A stretch of 44,555 bases of DNA from Deltaproteobacteria bacterium (GCA_011526015.1 WYBG01000315.1:1-44555); one strand, 5' to 3'; numbered from the stretch's first letter, positions 33,880 to 44,301 are shown. Numbers and translations: made by a program. Notes: generated by a model from the letters alone, not told the origin.

Positions 33880-35121
33880 TTAAAGGAATCGGCGTCTCCG
33901 GTCTAACGCCAGAATATAAAAATAAAACAGCATCACATTGGGGCCGATTTTCATTGCCAAATCCGCTTCGGTGATGGAATATACCACAAACATGGATACC
34001 ACAATCGCAGCCCGGAGGGTAAAATCCGTGGTGTATATTTCCGAAAGAGAGCCAAAGTTGAAAACCCATTTCAGCCCGTAAAACAATAATACCATCAATG
34101 CAAAAAACCCCAGAAAACCTGTGGAAAGCAGCGCCTCTAAGTAGGCATTATGGGCGTGGTAGGCGTACCAGAAGGTGGTTAAATTCCCTTCGTTCAGCAC
34201 AAAGCGGCTCATGCAATACCCGTGGCCAAACACAAAGGAGAGCGCATCATCAAATATTACCATTACCGCTTTCGCCCAAATATCCGTGCGGCCGGTGACG
34301 GACATAATTTTATCCGTAGTTTGCCCGCGATTAACCGTCTCCAACAGATTCTCAAAGATGGGAATTTCCGCAGCGAGGGCCAGGATAAAAAAAGAGCCAA
34401 CCGCCATGACCAGGCTGAGGCTGCCCAATCTTAAGTATAATGATTCAGCCCTGTTGCGCCCCAGGAGGAACCATACCCACAAAAAACCGCCGATCAGTAA
34501 GCAAATCATCGAAATACGGGTTCTGGCGAGCGCCATAATCAAAAGGTAAATCATTCTTACCCCCCATAAAAGCCAGGAATAGCGAACTTTTCCGGTTCTG
34601 AAAGACAACCAGAAAGCCAGCGCGGAGAGGAAACTGATCTCGTTGGCATGGGTAACCCCTATTCCTAATCTTTGCACTTCATGATCGATTTTCGGCTGCA
34701 CCAGGAACAACGAGGTAATTCCATCTTTGACAATGATCAGGGAAATTACAATTAACCAGAGTTTTTCCACTCTCTTTAAATCATCCACCGAATCAGCGCC
34801 CTGAATCATCCCCATTGTAAGCAGGGCGGTTCCGGCCAGTAAAATCCAATAACCGATCACTTTGGTGGGATAGGGATTGAATGCAGCGGAGAGTAAAGCG
34901 AGGGCGATAAATGTTATCAACGTTCCGGCGCCAAATCCGATATTTTTTTCTTTGAATAGTTGCCGCGCCCCGATAAAACCGCCGACCATCGCGACGCCAA
35001 TTTGCACGAAAATCAGCCAGTCAACTTCCAGGGACTCCACACTCTGGCCGTCACGGGTGCGGAAATGCGTGCCGGTCAGGACAACAATGGCAAGCCAAAT
35101 TACTAATGCGGCATGTTTCAT
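33880..35121 (-). CDS. O-antigen ligase/polymerase-like (Wzy/WaaL family) polytopic membrane protein
   Basis: About 10-12 hydrophobic helices and a central loop region. It sits at the distal end of the polysaccharide locus. Confidence 0.65.
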   Translation of the reverse strand: MKHAALVIWLAIVVLTGTHFRTRDGQSVESLEVDWLIFVQIGVAMVGGFIGARQLFKEKNIGFGAGTLITFIALALLSAAFNPYPTKVIGYWILLAGTALLTMGMIQGADSVDDLKRVEKLWLIVISLIIVKDGITSLFLVQPKIDHEVQRLGIGVTHANEISFLSALAFWLSFRTGKVRYSWLLWGVRMIYLLIMALARTRISMICLLIGGFLWVWFLLGRNRAESLYLRLGSLSLVMAVGSFFILALAAEIPIFENLLETVNRGQTTDKIMSVTGRTDIWAKAVMVIFDDALSFVFGHGYCMSRFVLNEGNLTTFWYAYHAHNAYLEALLSTGFLGFFALMVLLFYGLKWVFNFGSLSEIYTTDFTLRAAIVVSMFVVYSITEADLAMKIGPNVMLFYFYILALDRRRRFL

Positions 35122-35188
35122 TTGCTCAGTTGATGCCTTGTGTTTTTTGTTTTATGGTAAATAGTTCAGCTATCGCAACACGCAGGCG

Positions 35189-36472
35189 TCAGCGTTTTGC
35201 GGTGATGATTACCGGAATCTCCGATTGATCGCGCCTGGGACTCCTTTCAAGCTTCATGATCCGTTTCATATAATAGTAAGTCATCATTACCCAGGGTAAG
35301 GGGTCGGACCATGCAAACGCTTCAAAATGCTGGCGGTGCAAAACGCTGCCCAGCCACTGCTTCCAGGTAAGCAATCCCCGGCGATGGGCATCGCGGAACG
35401 ATAAAAAATCCCGCAGTGGCCGGATCAGTCGCACTCCCCGGCGATATTCACCCGGCGGCGGAAGCGGCTGGCCGGCCAACCGGTTGTAAACAAACAGGGC
35501 AATATCAAAACCGCACTGCCGGATCAATTCGGTGGCATTGGTGAGACGGGGATTACATTCCATCAATTTCAATACGCCGTCCCGGGGGTCGCGTTTGAAT
35601 TCCACCGCGCCCAATCCGAAATAACCGATTCCCTTCAGGAACTTCAGACCGACTTCCGCCACCTCCGGATTCCAATCGGTCATGTGATAGGTTCCGTTTC
35701 CGGAATCATTGGGATACTGGCGGAGTTTTCGTTTGGTGAAATGGAAAAGCGGCGTTCCTTCCTCGTCCAAATAGGAATAATAACTTTGAAATAGATCTTC
35801 TCCTTCGCCGGGAATAACCTCCGTGACGATTAAATCGGAGCGAAACTTGTGGCGGATGCCGAGGTTGTGGATATGATTGAATTCCCGTAGAAGCTCCTCG
35901 CGACTATTGACGATGAACAGTTTTTTCATAAACTGTTTTCCCCGGAACTCATGGGAATAGCGAGGTTTGAGCGCGCAGGGGAAAGGCACCCGGTCGATGA
36001 TCGCTTCGATATCCTTGCGGTCATTCACTACCCAGGTTTTCGGCGCCGGCACCCCGATTTTCTCCGCCAGTTTGTAGGTTTCGGCTTTATCGAGCATGGC
36101 CAGGAGCAAATTCTCTTTTACTTCCGGTAAAAAATAATGCTCAGCAAGCTCCACCCGATGGCGGGCGGCCATCTCAACCGCATCATCGGAACAGGGAAAA
36201 ATAACCGCGCCTCGATATTGATTTAACCCCTCCCCCGTCAGCCACTCCACCCAGGCGGGCACGTTGTCGCCCCGGAACGGAATTCGTTTGCTAAATCGCG
36301 AGAAGCGGGCATGGTTTTGGGGAATATCCAGCGCGTAAACCGGGATGCCGCGCCTTCCTAAGCTTCGCGCCACGGAAAGGGAGACGATTCCCCCATCCAA
36401 TAATATCACCGGCGGTGTATCAGGCTTGTAATTTCTGTTGAACAAACTCATAATTGATCCTTTCTGTATCAT
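35189..36472 (-). CDS. ATP-grasp carboxylate-amine ligase (COG3919-like)
   Basis: PPVILLDGGIVSLSVARSLGRRGIPVYALD is the pre-ATP-grasp Rossmann region. PFPCALKPRYSHEF and VLKLMECNPRL are ATP-grasp motifs. Confidence 0.7.
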   Translation of the reverse strand: MIQKGSIMSLFNRNYKPDTPPVILLDGGIVSLSVARSLGRRGIPVYALDIPQNHARFSRFSKRIPFRGDNVPAWVEWLTGEGLNQYRGAVIFPCSDDAVEMAARHRVELAEHYFLPEVKENLLLAMLDKAETYKLAEKIGVPAPKTWVVNDRKDIEAIIDRVPFPCALKPRYSHEFRGKQFMKKLFIVNSREELLREFNHIHNLGIRHKFRSDLIVTEVIPGEGEDLFQSYYSYLDEEGTPLFHFTKRKLRQYPNDSGNGTYHMTDWNPEVAEVGLKFLKGIGYFGLGAVEFKRDPRDGVLKLMECNPRLTNATELIRQCGFDIALFVYNRLAGQPLPPPGEYRRGVRLIRPLRDFLSFRDAHRRGLLTWKQWLGSVLHRQHFEAFAWSDPLPWVMMTYYYMKRIMKLERSPRRDQSEIPVIITAKR

Positions 36473-37682
36473 TTTGAATATCCAATAGGCGGCGTAAAAT
36501 CGGAATCGCGACCGCGACGCGATCTTCCGGATTGCGGGTTTGATAATGATAATGCAGTCCCGGCGAGGCGTTGACCTCGATAATTTTTCCGCCGCTTTGT
36601 TTTAACGGAATGCTTACATCAGTCGTCATTACATCGATGCCCGCCAGGCGAATGCCCAGTACCTCTGCGGCGCGGGCGCCTTCTCGAATCAGTTCTTTGG
36701 GGATTAGATTCAAGATAGATTCGCATTCAAACGCCCCGCTTTCGTTGGTGGTGGTTTTGACGGCGACCGCCTGATCTTTTTGCGGAATTAAATTTAAGGA
36801 AAGCCCGTTTCTTTTCAGGGTTTTGCGGCAGTCAACGTCGATTACCAGCACTTTCAGCGCCAAATGCCCGGATTGCTCAACCCGCCGTTTGTTCTCGGCG
36901 CGGATCAGTTCCCGAATCGTGGAGCGCCCGTCGCCAATGACCTGAGGCGGGCGGCGGCGGATCGCGTCGATCAGTTCCCCGTCGAGGTAGAGGAATCGAT
37001 ACACATCGCCGGGTACCTGCCGTTCTATCATAATCAGCGGGCAGAAAGCGGAGGCAAAAATCGCGGCGCGGATAAGTTCGCGGTCTGTTTTTACGTGGGT
37101 TGTAACGCCTTTCCCTCCCGCGCTCTCCAGCGCCGGCTTTACCACGCAGGGCGCATTCTGATTGCGGAGAAATTCCTTTGCCGAAGCAATATTGTTCAGG
37201 GTGAAGGCGTGGAAAGGAGGAACGGGAACGCCATGTTCCGACAACACCTTGCTGACCAGCGGTTTATTGCGTGCCACCTGGAGCGTTACGTGATGATCGA
37301 GCTCCACCAGGTAATCCTGTATCCAGGTGGAACGCTCTCCGTAATGGGCGCGATAAAATCCGCCGGAATAGCGTACCAGCTTAACCGAAAGCTCATTAGC
37401 AGCCTCACGCCACATATCCTCGTGGAATTCGCTGAAAACATCTTTAAGATCAAGGGCATTATTCCTTAACTTTTTCCATCCATGCCTTAAGAAATACAGT
37501 ATGCGTAAAAGCTTGAAAATCCATTTTCGCGGGGAGAAGAAACGCATGAATAACCTCTGTTGGTAAATAGACTTTATCGGAAATAATTTTTTGACAGCCT
37601 GCCCGACTGAAGTGCAGGCGGGGATAAACAGGATTTCCGGGATATGGGAAATCGATTTTTCGACATTTTTATCCCGTTCCAT
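36420..37682 (-). CDS. ATP-grasp ligase (RimK / cyanophycin-synthetase-like)
   Basis: CVVKPALESAGGKGVT, DVYRFLYLDGELIDA and IIEVNASPGLHYH are typical ATP-grasp motifs. The 3' end overlaps the next ATP-grasp gene by 32-53 nt depending on that gene's start. Confidence 0.7.
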   Translation of the reverse strand: MERDKNVEKSISHIPEILFIPACTSVGQAVKKLFPIKSIYQQRLFMRFFSPRKWIFKLLRILYFLRHGWKKLRNNALDLKDVFSEFHEDMWREAANELSVKLVRYSGGFYRAHYGERSTWIQDYLVELDHHVTLQVARNKPLVSKVLSEHGVPVPPFHAFTLNNIASAKEFLRNQNAPCVVKPALESAGGKGVTTHVKTDRELIRAAIFASAFCPLIMIERQVPGDVYRFLYLDGELIDAIRRRPPQVIGDGRSTIRELIRAENKRRVEQSGHLALKVLVIDVDCRKTLKRNGLSLNLIPQKDQAVAVKTTTNESGAFECESILNLIPKELIREGARAAEVLGIRLAGIDVMTTDVSIPLKQSGGKIIEVNASPGLHYHYQTRNPEDRVAVAIPILRRLLDIQNDTERINYEFVQQKLQA

Positions 37683-37704
37683 CCTGTATATGCTGTCTAA
37701 TTTT

Positions 37705-38964
37705 TTATTTCCAATATCTCAGGGCAATAGGAGCGTAAGAGCTCAAACCGGCCAGGGCTCCGACCAATACGGTAATTGCAGCGCCCAGCGGCCCCCAGGC
37801 GGGGATCAACAACCAGGCGGTGAGCAACGTAGCGCCCAGGGCGATCAGCCTGCTCATGCTCTCGATGTTCGCCCGCCCTCTCCCGACCAGAACCGCCGTA
37901 ATCACGCTGTGAATGCCCAGTATGGCCATCCCCAACGCCTGGAAGAGATACACCGGCAACCCGATCAGATATTGCGTCCCGAAGAATTTGCCCACGAACC
38001 ACTCCACGGAGAACAGATAAATGACCAACAGGCTGATATTTATTGCTAAAGTGGCGCCCAACATCCCCATCAGCATTTTGCGATGTTCGCTAAAATCCGA
38101 TGAAGCGGTTTTGGGCATCAAAACGGTTGAAATGTTTGAAGGTACGAAGAAAAATATAATTCCCAGGTTTCGCGCCATGGAATACAACCCTACATCGGTA
38201 TTGCCGCCATAATGCTCCAGGAAAAGGATGGGAATAGCGCGGTATAACATGTAACTGGCGTGGGATATCCAGATAGGCCCGGAAAAGCGCAGCACCTCTT
38301 TAATCGTATCCCGGTGAACCAGGGAGGCGTTAAATCCCATGGGAAGCGCCCAGAAAATCTGTAACAGCGCCAGGGGCAGGAAATAAGACATCCCGTAGAT
38401 CATCAGGGCGAGGAGCGGGGATTCGATTTTGAGGAAATAAATCAGCGCAACCACCAGAATCAATTGAATAAAATTGCTCCCCAGGTAAGCGGCGGTAAGC
38501 CTTTCCATCGACAGGAAACCGCTGGATATTCCCCAGTAGGCATAGAATACGGTTAAACCGATCAGGATTACAATAATGCCGATATTAAATTTCCCGAGTG
38601 CGTGAAGAGCGGGCACGGCTATCAGCAGGGTGAGCAATAAAACCGCCGCCAATACCAGCCAGAGATTGGTCAAAAGATAGGGAAGTTTATCCCGGTCCTG
38701 GTGATATTTGCCGATAAACCGGGACATCACGTGCTGCCCGAGGGGCTGCGCGCCGATAGAAATAATCATCGCCAGGGTAATCCCGTATTGGATCAATCCG
38801 TACTCTTCCGGCGCAAACACCGCCGCCAAAACCAGGGGAAAAGCCATTCCCAAAATTCTGGCCAGCCCCATCCCGAAGGGAAGCAGCACCGCTCCTTTCA
38901 GGATAAAGCGCCAATCCAAACTTTGCAGCCGCTGCATCAAGCGGAAAGCGGAGATGTTCTGCAA
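37705..38964 (-). CDS. Wzx-type oligosaccharide flippase (MOP superfamily)
   Basis: About 12 TM helices with polysaccharide-biosynthesis-protein-like spacing. It lies within a glycan locus. Confidence 0.65.
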   Translation of the reverse strand: MQNISAFRLMQRLQSLDWRFILKGAVLLPFGMGLARILGMAFPLVLAAVFAPEEYGLIQYGITLAMIISIGAQPLGQHVMSRFIGKYHQDRDKLPYLLTNLWLVLAAVLLLTLLIAVPALHALGKFNIGIIVILIGLTVFYAYWGISSGFLSMERLTAAYLGSNFIQLILVVALIYFLKIESPLLALMIYGMSYFLPLALLQIFWALPMGFNASLVHRDTIKEVLRFSGPIWISHASYMLYRAIPILFLEHYGGNTDVGLYSMARNLGIIFFFVPSNISTVLMPKTASSDFSEHRKMLMGMLGATLAINISLLVIYLFSVEWFVGKFFGTQYLIGLPVYLFQALGMAILGIHSVITAVLVGRGRANIESMSRLIALGATLLTAWLLIPAWGPLGAAITVLVGALAGLSSYAPIALRYWK

Positions 38965-39992
38965 ACCTCGCCTCCCATTAACTCTGTCAACTCTTCAAAC
39001 GCGCCATTCCAGCGGTTCTGTTTTTCTCTCGACAATTCGGAAATTTCTCTCAGGAGGCGATTTTCTTTTTTCCGCGCCTGCTGCAAGCCCTCTACAATGC
39101 TTTCTACACTGTGCTCGACAAAAACAGCGCCCCTGGTAAAATACTCCGTAAGAGCAGGCTGGCGGGATAATATAAGCGGTTTGCCGACCGCCATTCCCTC
39201 CACGCCGCCGGCAACTAAGGAGTACGGGGTGGTCGTTAAGGTCATAATCGCATTGGAGGAATACAATTGATCCCAATACTGGTGATGCAACAGGTAACCG
39301 GGGAATATGACATTGGGGGGCGCTTTTTCCAGCAAGTTTTTATCCGCGCGGGATTTATTACCGAGGATATAAATGCGCGTATCCGGCAACTGCCGGGCGG
39401 CTTCCACCACCAATTCCAGGGGTTCATCCCCGTGGAAATTACTGATGACCGTTACCGTAAACAGGCTCAAGTTCGCCGGTTCATTTTTTCCATTGGGATG
39501 CAGAACGAAGGGCGGACGCTCCAGCAGGATCGTTTTTCCGCCCCAGGATTCAACAACCCTTTTGTGATTGGAATGGGGTGTAATATTGACAAGGGCTCTT
39601 TTAGTCAAAAATTGTTGCAACGGCGCAGCCCACCCCCATTTCCAGCCGATAAATGAATGCCCGTGTATATTCATCACGAAGGGGGCGCCGGTGAGCCTGC
39701 TATACATATAAACACACAGCGGGGCAAAAACCGGGGTGTTAATAACGTAAATTACCGAGGGCTTTTCCCGGAAAAGCAATTGCCAGGTTTTTATAAACAT
39801 CAAAGGATACTTAACCGGCGCCAGAATGGGGACCTTGTGACGCAGATAATGAACGAAATGCATGGAAGCGTTTAGCCGTTTTGCAATATCCTCGCTGTGA
39901 GGATTATCCGGCCCCCAGTAAATAACAACCGGTTTGAAGCGGCGGCGATTTTGTGTCGAACTCCTTTTCATGGTTGCAACTCCTTTGAACAT
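38937..39992 (-). CDS. GT-B glycosyltransferase (group 1 / GT4-like)
   Basis: The C-terminal half (IYILGNKS...VIFPGYL...SNAIMTLTTTPYSLVAGGVEGMAVGKPLILS) resembles the GT1/GT4 nucleotide-sugar-binding domain. Confidence 0.6.
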   Translation of the reverse strand: MFKGVATMKRSSTQNRRRFKPVVIYWGPDNPHSEDIAKRLNASMHFVHYLRHKVPILAPVKYPLMFIKTWQLLFREKPSVIYVINTPVFAPLCVYMYSRLTGAPFVMNIHGHSFIGWKWGWAAPLQQFLTKRALVNITPHSNHKRVVESWGGKTILLERPPFVLHPNGKNEPANLSLFTVTVISNFHGDEPLELVVEAARQLPDTRIYILGNKSRADKNLLEKAPPNVIFPGYLLHHQYWDQLYSSNAIMTLTTTPYSLVAGGVEGMAVGKPLILSRQPALTEYFTRGAVFVEHSVESIVEGLQQARKKENRLLREISELSREKQNRWNGAFEELTELMGGEVCRTSPLSA

Positions 39993-40037
39993 TTTAAAAA
40001 AAGTGGAGAGGGATAGCGCGGGTAAACAGAGGATATA

Positions 40038-41201
40038 TTAAGCAATTTTCTCCGGGGAGAAAGCGTAAAGAATCCACCCTAAATGATAGGGGCGGCATTC
40101 GTAATTCACTTTGATGTCATCATGCCCGTTTTTCTTTTCCGGCAATTGCAAGAGAGACCAGAGCATATCGTAATTCATTTTGTGTTTCGCGCGATAAAAA
40201 CTTCTCCAAATGACATTGTGAGTAGTGTCAATCATATCCACCCCCAACTCATTGTTTCCATCCACCCATAATAATCCTTTATAAATTTGGGGCCGGAAAT
40301 TGATGCCCGCGGCCTCGCCAATGGCAAACAACGCCATGGGGGCCATTCCGTTTTGGTGGGTGCCAAAAACCGGGTATTGCCCGACCATTTTTCCGGTTGA
40401 AGAATCATAATGCCACCACCATTGGCCGTAAGGCCCTTGCAGGCGGCAAACGGTATTTGCGCACTCCAATGCAATCCCCGCCGCTTCCTCATTTTGATAC
40501 GCCCGGGCAAATTTGGTAAATGCATAAATGGGATACACCTGGTCGGCAAAACAGCCGATGCGACCCCGCAAAGTCCCTTTTATGGAAGCTTTTTTGAGAT
40601 GCCCGAAAATTCCCTTTCCGCTGTAATTGTTTTTTATCAATTGATAAGTTTGTTCAGCCGGAATACGCCAGCGGGCTGAAGTATCTTTTAAGGTTAAAGC
40701 GGCAGATGAGACGCCGGTTAAAAACCAGGCCATCTCCGTGGTATAGCCCCGGATGGCATCCTGGTATTTTGCCAGCGCGGCGCCAACCTGCAAATCGGTA
40801 TAGAGTTGAGGCAGCCTCCCCGCTTCTACACGGGACGCCAGCCAGAGCAGCAATCCCAAATTTCCGATGTTATCTATGGTGCCTGTTTTTTCGATCAAAC
40901 TGTTCAGCGCGCGTTTCACATCTATTGGCGAACGGCCTCCGAATCTTTCATATTGATTAAGCCCCAGCAGGGAGATAATCGTGTAGCGATACGATTTCTT
41001 TTCCTGAACCACCGAACCGGCGCCGGTTCGTTTGACCGTGAAGCAAAAAAGCTGCTCTTTCTCATCAAAGGTTGCCTGAAGACCCTTCACGGCCACCTGC
41101 AGGACTTTTTTCTGTAAATTCGCAATCGTCTGGGGGGAATTCGCAAAATGGGTGTTATCCCGGCGAGCGCCGACAATAGAATACGCTTCCGCGTTACTCA
41201 T
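40038..41201 (-). CDS. Hypothetical protein, possibly an (alpha/alpha)6-toroid enzyme
   Basis: Helix-repeat character and the aromatic-rich WWWHYDSSTGKMVGQYPVFGTHQNGMAPMALF segment. I recognise no family with confidence. Confidence 0.35.
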   Translation of the reverse strand: MSNAEAYSIVGARRDNTHFANSPQTIANLQKKVLQVAVKGLQATFDEKEQLFCFTVKRTGAGSVVQEKKSYRYTIISLLGLNQYERFGGRSPIDVKRALNSLIEKTGTIDNIGNLGLLLWLASRVEAGRLPQLYTDLQVGAALAKYQDAIRGYTTEMAWFLTGVSSAALTLKDTSARWRIPAEQTYQLIKNNYSGKGIFGHLKKASIKGTLRGRIGCFADQVYPIYAFTKFARAYQNEEAAGIALECANTVCRLQGPYGQWWWHYDSSTGKMVGQYPVFGTHQNGMAPMALFAIGEAAGINFRPQIYKGLLWVDGNNELGVDMIDTTHNVIWRSFYRAKHKMNYDMLWSLLQLPEKKNGHDDIKVNYECRPYHLGWILYAFSPEKIA

Positions 41202-42316
41202 TTTTCCTCCAGCATTTTAATAATTTCACCTACAATTTTGTCCAAAACCGCATGGGAGTGATGCCCGTTCTTTTCCGAACGCTTACGCCGTTCCAGGTTC
41301 ATTTTCTCATAAACGTCTTCCGGTTTCTCCAGCAACACCAAACGCCCGGAGCTTTCAAGATACTTGTCAATAGCGCCAATGGCGCCGCGAAAGATGCTGT
41401 ACACCGGAACTCCCAGCGCCGCCGCTTCCCGGTTCATGGTTCCTCCCCCGCTCACCACTATATCAGAGTGCCAGATCAGGTTCAGGCCGTTGTAGGCTCG
41501 CCGGGGAATCATAAGTTTCCCCTCGTTAAAAAGATTGGCCCACTTTTGCTTAATTTCGTTCGCCTGGCGATCGTTGCGCGGCAGGATGATCCCCCGGGCG
41601 TTTGGATGGGAGCTTACCCGATGTATCAGCGCTTCCAAAAGCTGCTCGCTGTGGGAATTATGGTAGTGCGCCTCGGTGGCGGGGGGACGGATGGTGACCA
41701 CAATATCATTTCCGTTGAGGGACATTTCTTTTAAGATGCTGCCATCGGGCTTGAATTCCGGCAGGTAAACCTCTTCTTTTAAACCGGGATATCTGACAAC
41801 TCTGCCAAATTTCTTCAGTTTGGGAAGATCCGCAGGGAGCGCTTCCGGGATAATCGCGCAATCCGGTTTGATAAACGGCATTCCCTGGGTATGTTCGTAA
41901 TCAAACATGACCACCGTGGGGATCTCTAAAAACGAAGTCAGCACTGTCTGCCCCCGGGAACCATGCGAGACGGCAAGATGCGGGCGTTTTAGCAAAACCA
42001 ATGGCATCAGTTGGGAAATTCGCAGGAAAAGTCCCAGCGCTTTCAGATATTTGTTTTTTCCGTAATGTCCGCCGATCACCTGCGCTTTCAGGTTATACAC
42101 CTTCAAGAGTTCCCGTACCTGGTATGCATCGCGCCCGGTCAGCCACACCTCGTATCCCGATTGTTCCAGTTTTTTGATAATCGGCTGGAAAAACGGGACG
42201 TGGGGAGAGTTATCCAGGTCGATCCAAATCCTTTTTTTTCTGAAATGTTTGTCATTCCTGACGTTCATGGCGACTCCGTTAACAAAATGTTTATGCAACA
42301 ATTGATTTTGGCACAT
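41198..42316 (-). CDS. DUF354 protein (GT-B / UDP-GlcNAc 2-epimerase-like fold)
   Basis: RIWIDLDNSPHVPFFQPIIKKLEQSGYEVWLTGRD is the characteristic DUF354 N-terminus. Its stop overlaps the start of the next gene by 4 nt. Confidence 0.7.
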   Translation of the reverse strand: MCQNQLLHKHFVNGVAMNVRNDKHFRKKRIWIDLDNSPHVPFFQPIIKKLEQSGYEVWLTGRDAYQVRELLKVYNLKAQVIGGHYGKNKYLKALGLFLRISQLMPLVLLKRPHLAVSHGSRGQTVLTSFLEIPTVVMFDYEHTQGMPFIKPDCAIIPEALPADLPKLKKFGRVVRYPGLKEEVYLPEFKPDGSILKEMSLNGNDIVVTIRPPATEAHYHNSHSEQLLEALIHRVSSHPNARGIILPRNDRQANEIKQKWANLFNEGKLMIPRRAYNGLNLIWHSDIVVSGGGTMNREAAALGVPVYSIFRGAIGAIDKYLESSGRLVLLEKPEDVYEKMNLERRKRSEKNGHHSHAVLDKIVGEIIKMLEEK

Positions 42317-43283
42317 ACTGCTCGTAACGCTCCTGCTGGTTATCTCTATTCACCCAAAACCGCGCGATTGTTCGGGGAAGGGCGTGCCAGTATTCCCCGC
42401 GGTATTGGGTTTTTACATAAGTCAGGAATTCGGTATAAAATTCGGCGGGGAATTCTTCCAATCCCGCTTTCCTCCGGTGGAAATTGAGGTAGTCCGGGTG
42501 AACGTTGAGCAGCGCCATTCCCCCCTGCTCGGCAATCCAATCCAGCTTTCGTTTCCAAATATCGATGTTCTTTTCGCGCAACAGAATAAACAGGGTAAAA
42601 TCCTGAACCAGGGTGTAGGGAAGCTCCACATACCCCCTGCCGGTAAACTCATTGCGAACATAAAAGGGGAAAATGGTATTTACGCCGTCGGATTGCGGCT
42701 CGAACGGGTCGGTATCAAAAGTGGAGGCGTCATACAGAATATCCAATTGATGAATCCAGTCCAGGTTATGGTGCATCGCGGGGGAGCGGAAACCCACCGC
42801 GTGCCATGCTTTGATGTATTGATTGATTCTTTTCGCCCGTTCAGCGAATATTTCCTTGTTTTTATAGAGTTTGCCGTCGTGTTTCAGACCATGAACGCCC
42901 ACCTCAAATCCTCTTTTCACCATTATTCTGCGCAAGATTTCGGAAACAAAATATCGTTCCGGCACAAAATTAAAGGAGGAGCGGAAGCCTAATTTTTCCT
43001 CGGCATTCATCACGTCAATGCATTTTGCCTGCCCGATCACCGTTTCAACATCATGGGTGAGGACAAAAGCGAAACGTTTGTTATCCGGCCAGCCCCTCCA
43101 ATCCGGCGGAGGCGTGGCGGCATCCGCTGAAACGGGCCAGGTGGATGCGTGCTTTTTTCTCTTCCGCAGCGCTAATTGGCGCCTTAAAAAAATTTGCATT
43201 CTTCGCGACATAAAGGGCTTGACGATATAATAAAAGTCTTTGAGATCCATATAGCACCTAAGCAATGTGTTTGTAGATAACAT
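42291..43283 (-). CDS. Polysaccharide deacetylase-like (NodB-fold) protein
   Basis: FAFVLTHDVETVIG and GFEVGVHGLKHDG resemble the metal-binding motifs of EPS-locus deacetylases. Confidence 0.6.
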   Translation of the reverse strand: MLSTNTLLRCYMDLKDFYYIVKPFMSRRMQIFLRRQLALRKRKKHASTWPVSADAATPPPDWRGWPDNKRFAFVLTHDVETVIGQAKCIDVMNAEEKLGFRSSFNFVPERYFVSEILRRIMVKRGFEVGVHGLKHDGKLYKNKEIFAERAKRINQYIKAWHAVGFRSPAMHHNLDWIHQLDILYDASTFDTDPFEPQSDGVNTIFPFYVRNEFTGRGYVELPYTLVQDFTLFILLREKNIDIWKRKLDWIAEQGGMALLNVHPDYLNFHRRKAGLEEFPAEFYTEFLTYVKTQYRGEYWHALPRTIARFWVNRDNQQERYEQYVPKSIVA

Positions 43284-44301
43284 TCCCGATTGATTTCAAA
43301 ACCGGGATGGGCATCCGGTTAAATATTTTGGTGTAAAAACCGGAAACTTCCGCATTCTGTTGGATAAACGCGTTTCGTTTCAAATCGTATTTGAAATAAG
43401 GAACCGCCTTTTCTTCCGCTCCCCAGCCGGTTTTAAACTGGCGCAATCCTTTGTTATTCGGTTCGGTTCTTCCGAATGAGAACATCCGGTACCCATTGCG
43501 GGCGTATTGGCGGATGGCTTCCCACATGACCAGGTTATTAGCGCGCAAATGCTGATATTTCATATCCGACGCGCCAAATTTGTAAATGGCCTGGTCGCCA
43601 AAATGGAAAAAAATCGCCCCGGCAATGGCGGTTTTCTCAAATTCCGCTAAAACCACGTTGCCCATATTTTTTGAAATGATATGATCAAAAATTGAGCGGA
43701 AGAAATGATAAGGCTGGGGAGGAAGGCCGTGTTTTTGGCGGGTCAAACAGTGCAGTTTATAATATTCTTTCAGCGCCGCGGGGGAATTTTCCATGCGGAT
43801 TTCAAGCCCGCTTTGCGCCGCTTTTTTGATATTCCGCTTCATGCTGCCCCGGAAAGCGGCGAACACTTTTTCCTCGTTATCGGTGAGATGAATCGAATGG
43901 TTGTAGAAATAAACCGAGGGTTTCATCTCCCCGTTAAACCGGCCGGCTCCCCGCAGTTCAAAGTATTTCCAACCCTTTTCCAGGCTAAAATCGATAAGAT
44001 ATTGCTTCAAAGCCGCCGGGGGGATTTCAGCATCCATCAGCGGCTCACAGAAATCCGTAAAAGGGAGAGAGATACCGCGCTTGCCGGTAAGGGCGCTGCG
44101 TATTTCCATGAATGGAAGCAGAACCCGGAATTCGGAATGGTCAACCAGCGCCAGGTAAAGCGGCTGATAACCGTAGGATTCGTTCAGGACCTTTGCCCAG
44201 GCGGCGGTGTAAAAGATATCGCCTTTGGGGGTGTGCAATAAAAGGTCGTCCCATCCCCGGTAATCCAGGGGATTGATCACTTCCAGGTGTAATTGTTCCA
44301 A
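43258..44301 (-). CDS. FemAB-like / GNAT-fold aminoacyl- or acyl-transferase (EPS-associated FemAB family)
   Basis: IFYTAAWAKVL...YQPLYL, FRGSMKRNIKKAAQSGLEI, HLRANNLVMWEAIRQYARNGYRMFSFGRT and GLRQFKTGWGAEE match the FemAB/BioF2-like acetyltransferase pattern. Confidence 0.7.
   Translation of the reverse strand: MEQLHLEVINPLDYRGWDDLLLHTPKGDIFYTAAWAKVLNESYGYQPLYLALVDHSEFRVLLPFMEIRSALTGKRGISLPFTDFCEPLMDAEIPPAALKQYLIDFSLEKGWKYFELRGAGRFNGEMKPSVYFYNHSIHLTDNEEKVFAAFRGSMKRNIKKAAQSGLEIRMENSPAALKEYYKLHCLTRQKHGLPPQPYHFFRSIFDHIISKNMGNVVLAEFEKTAIAGAIFFHFGDQAIYKFGASDMKYQHLRANNLVMWEAIRQYARNGYRMFSFGRTEPNNKGLRQFKTGWGAEEKAVPYFKYDLKRNAFIQQNAEVSGFYTKIFNRMPIPVLKSIGNVIYKHIA

Noticed and set aside
36864-37469. 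201-aa plus-strand ORF, and similar ORFs at 37591-38049, 38701-39270, 39267-39656, 41252-41734, 42384-42992 and 43705-44241, in the polysaccharide locus
   Set aside because: Each is nested antisense within a minus-strand gene that has recognisable enzyme or transporter motifs. They have no independent signals.
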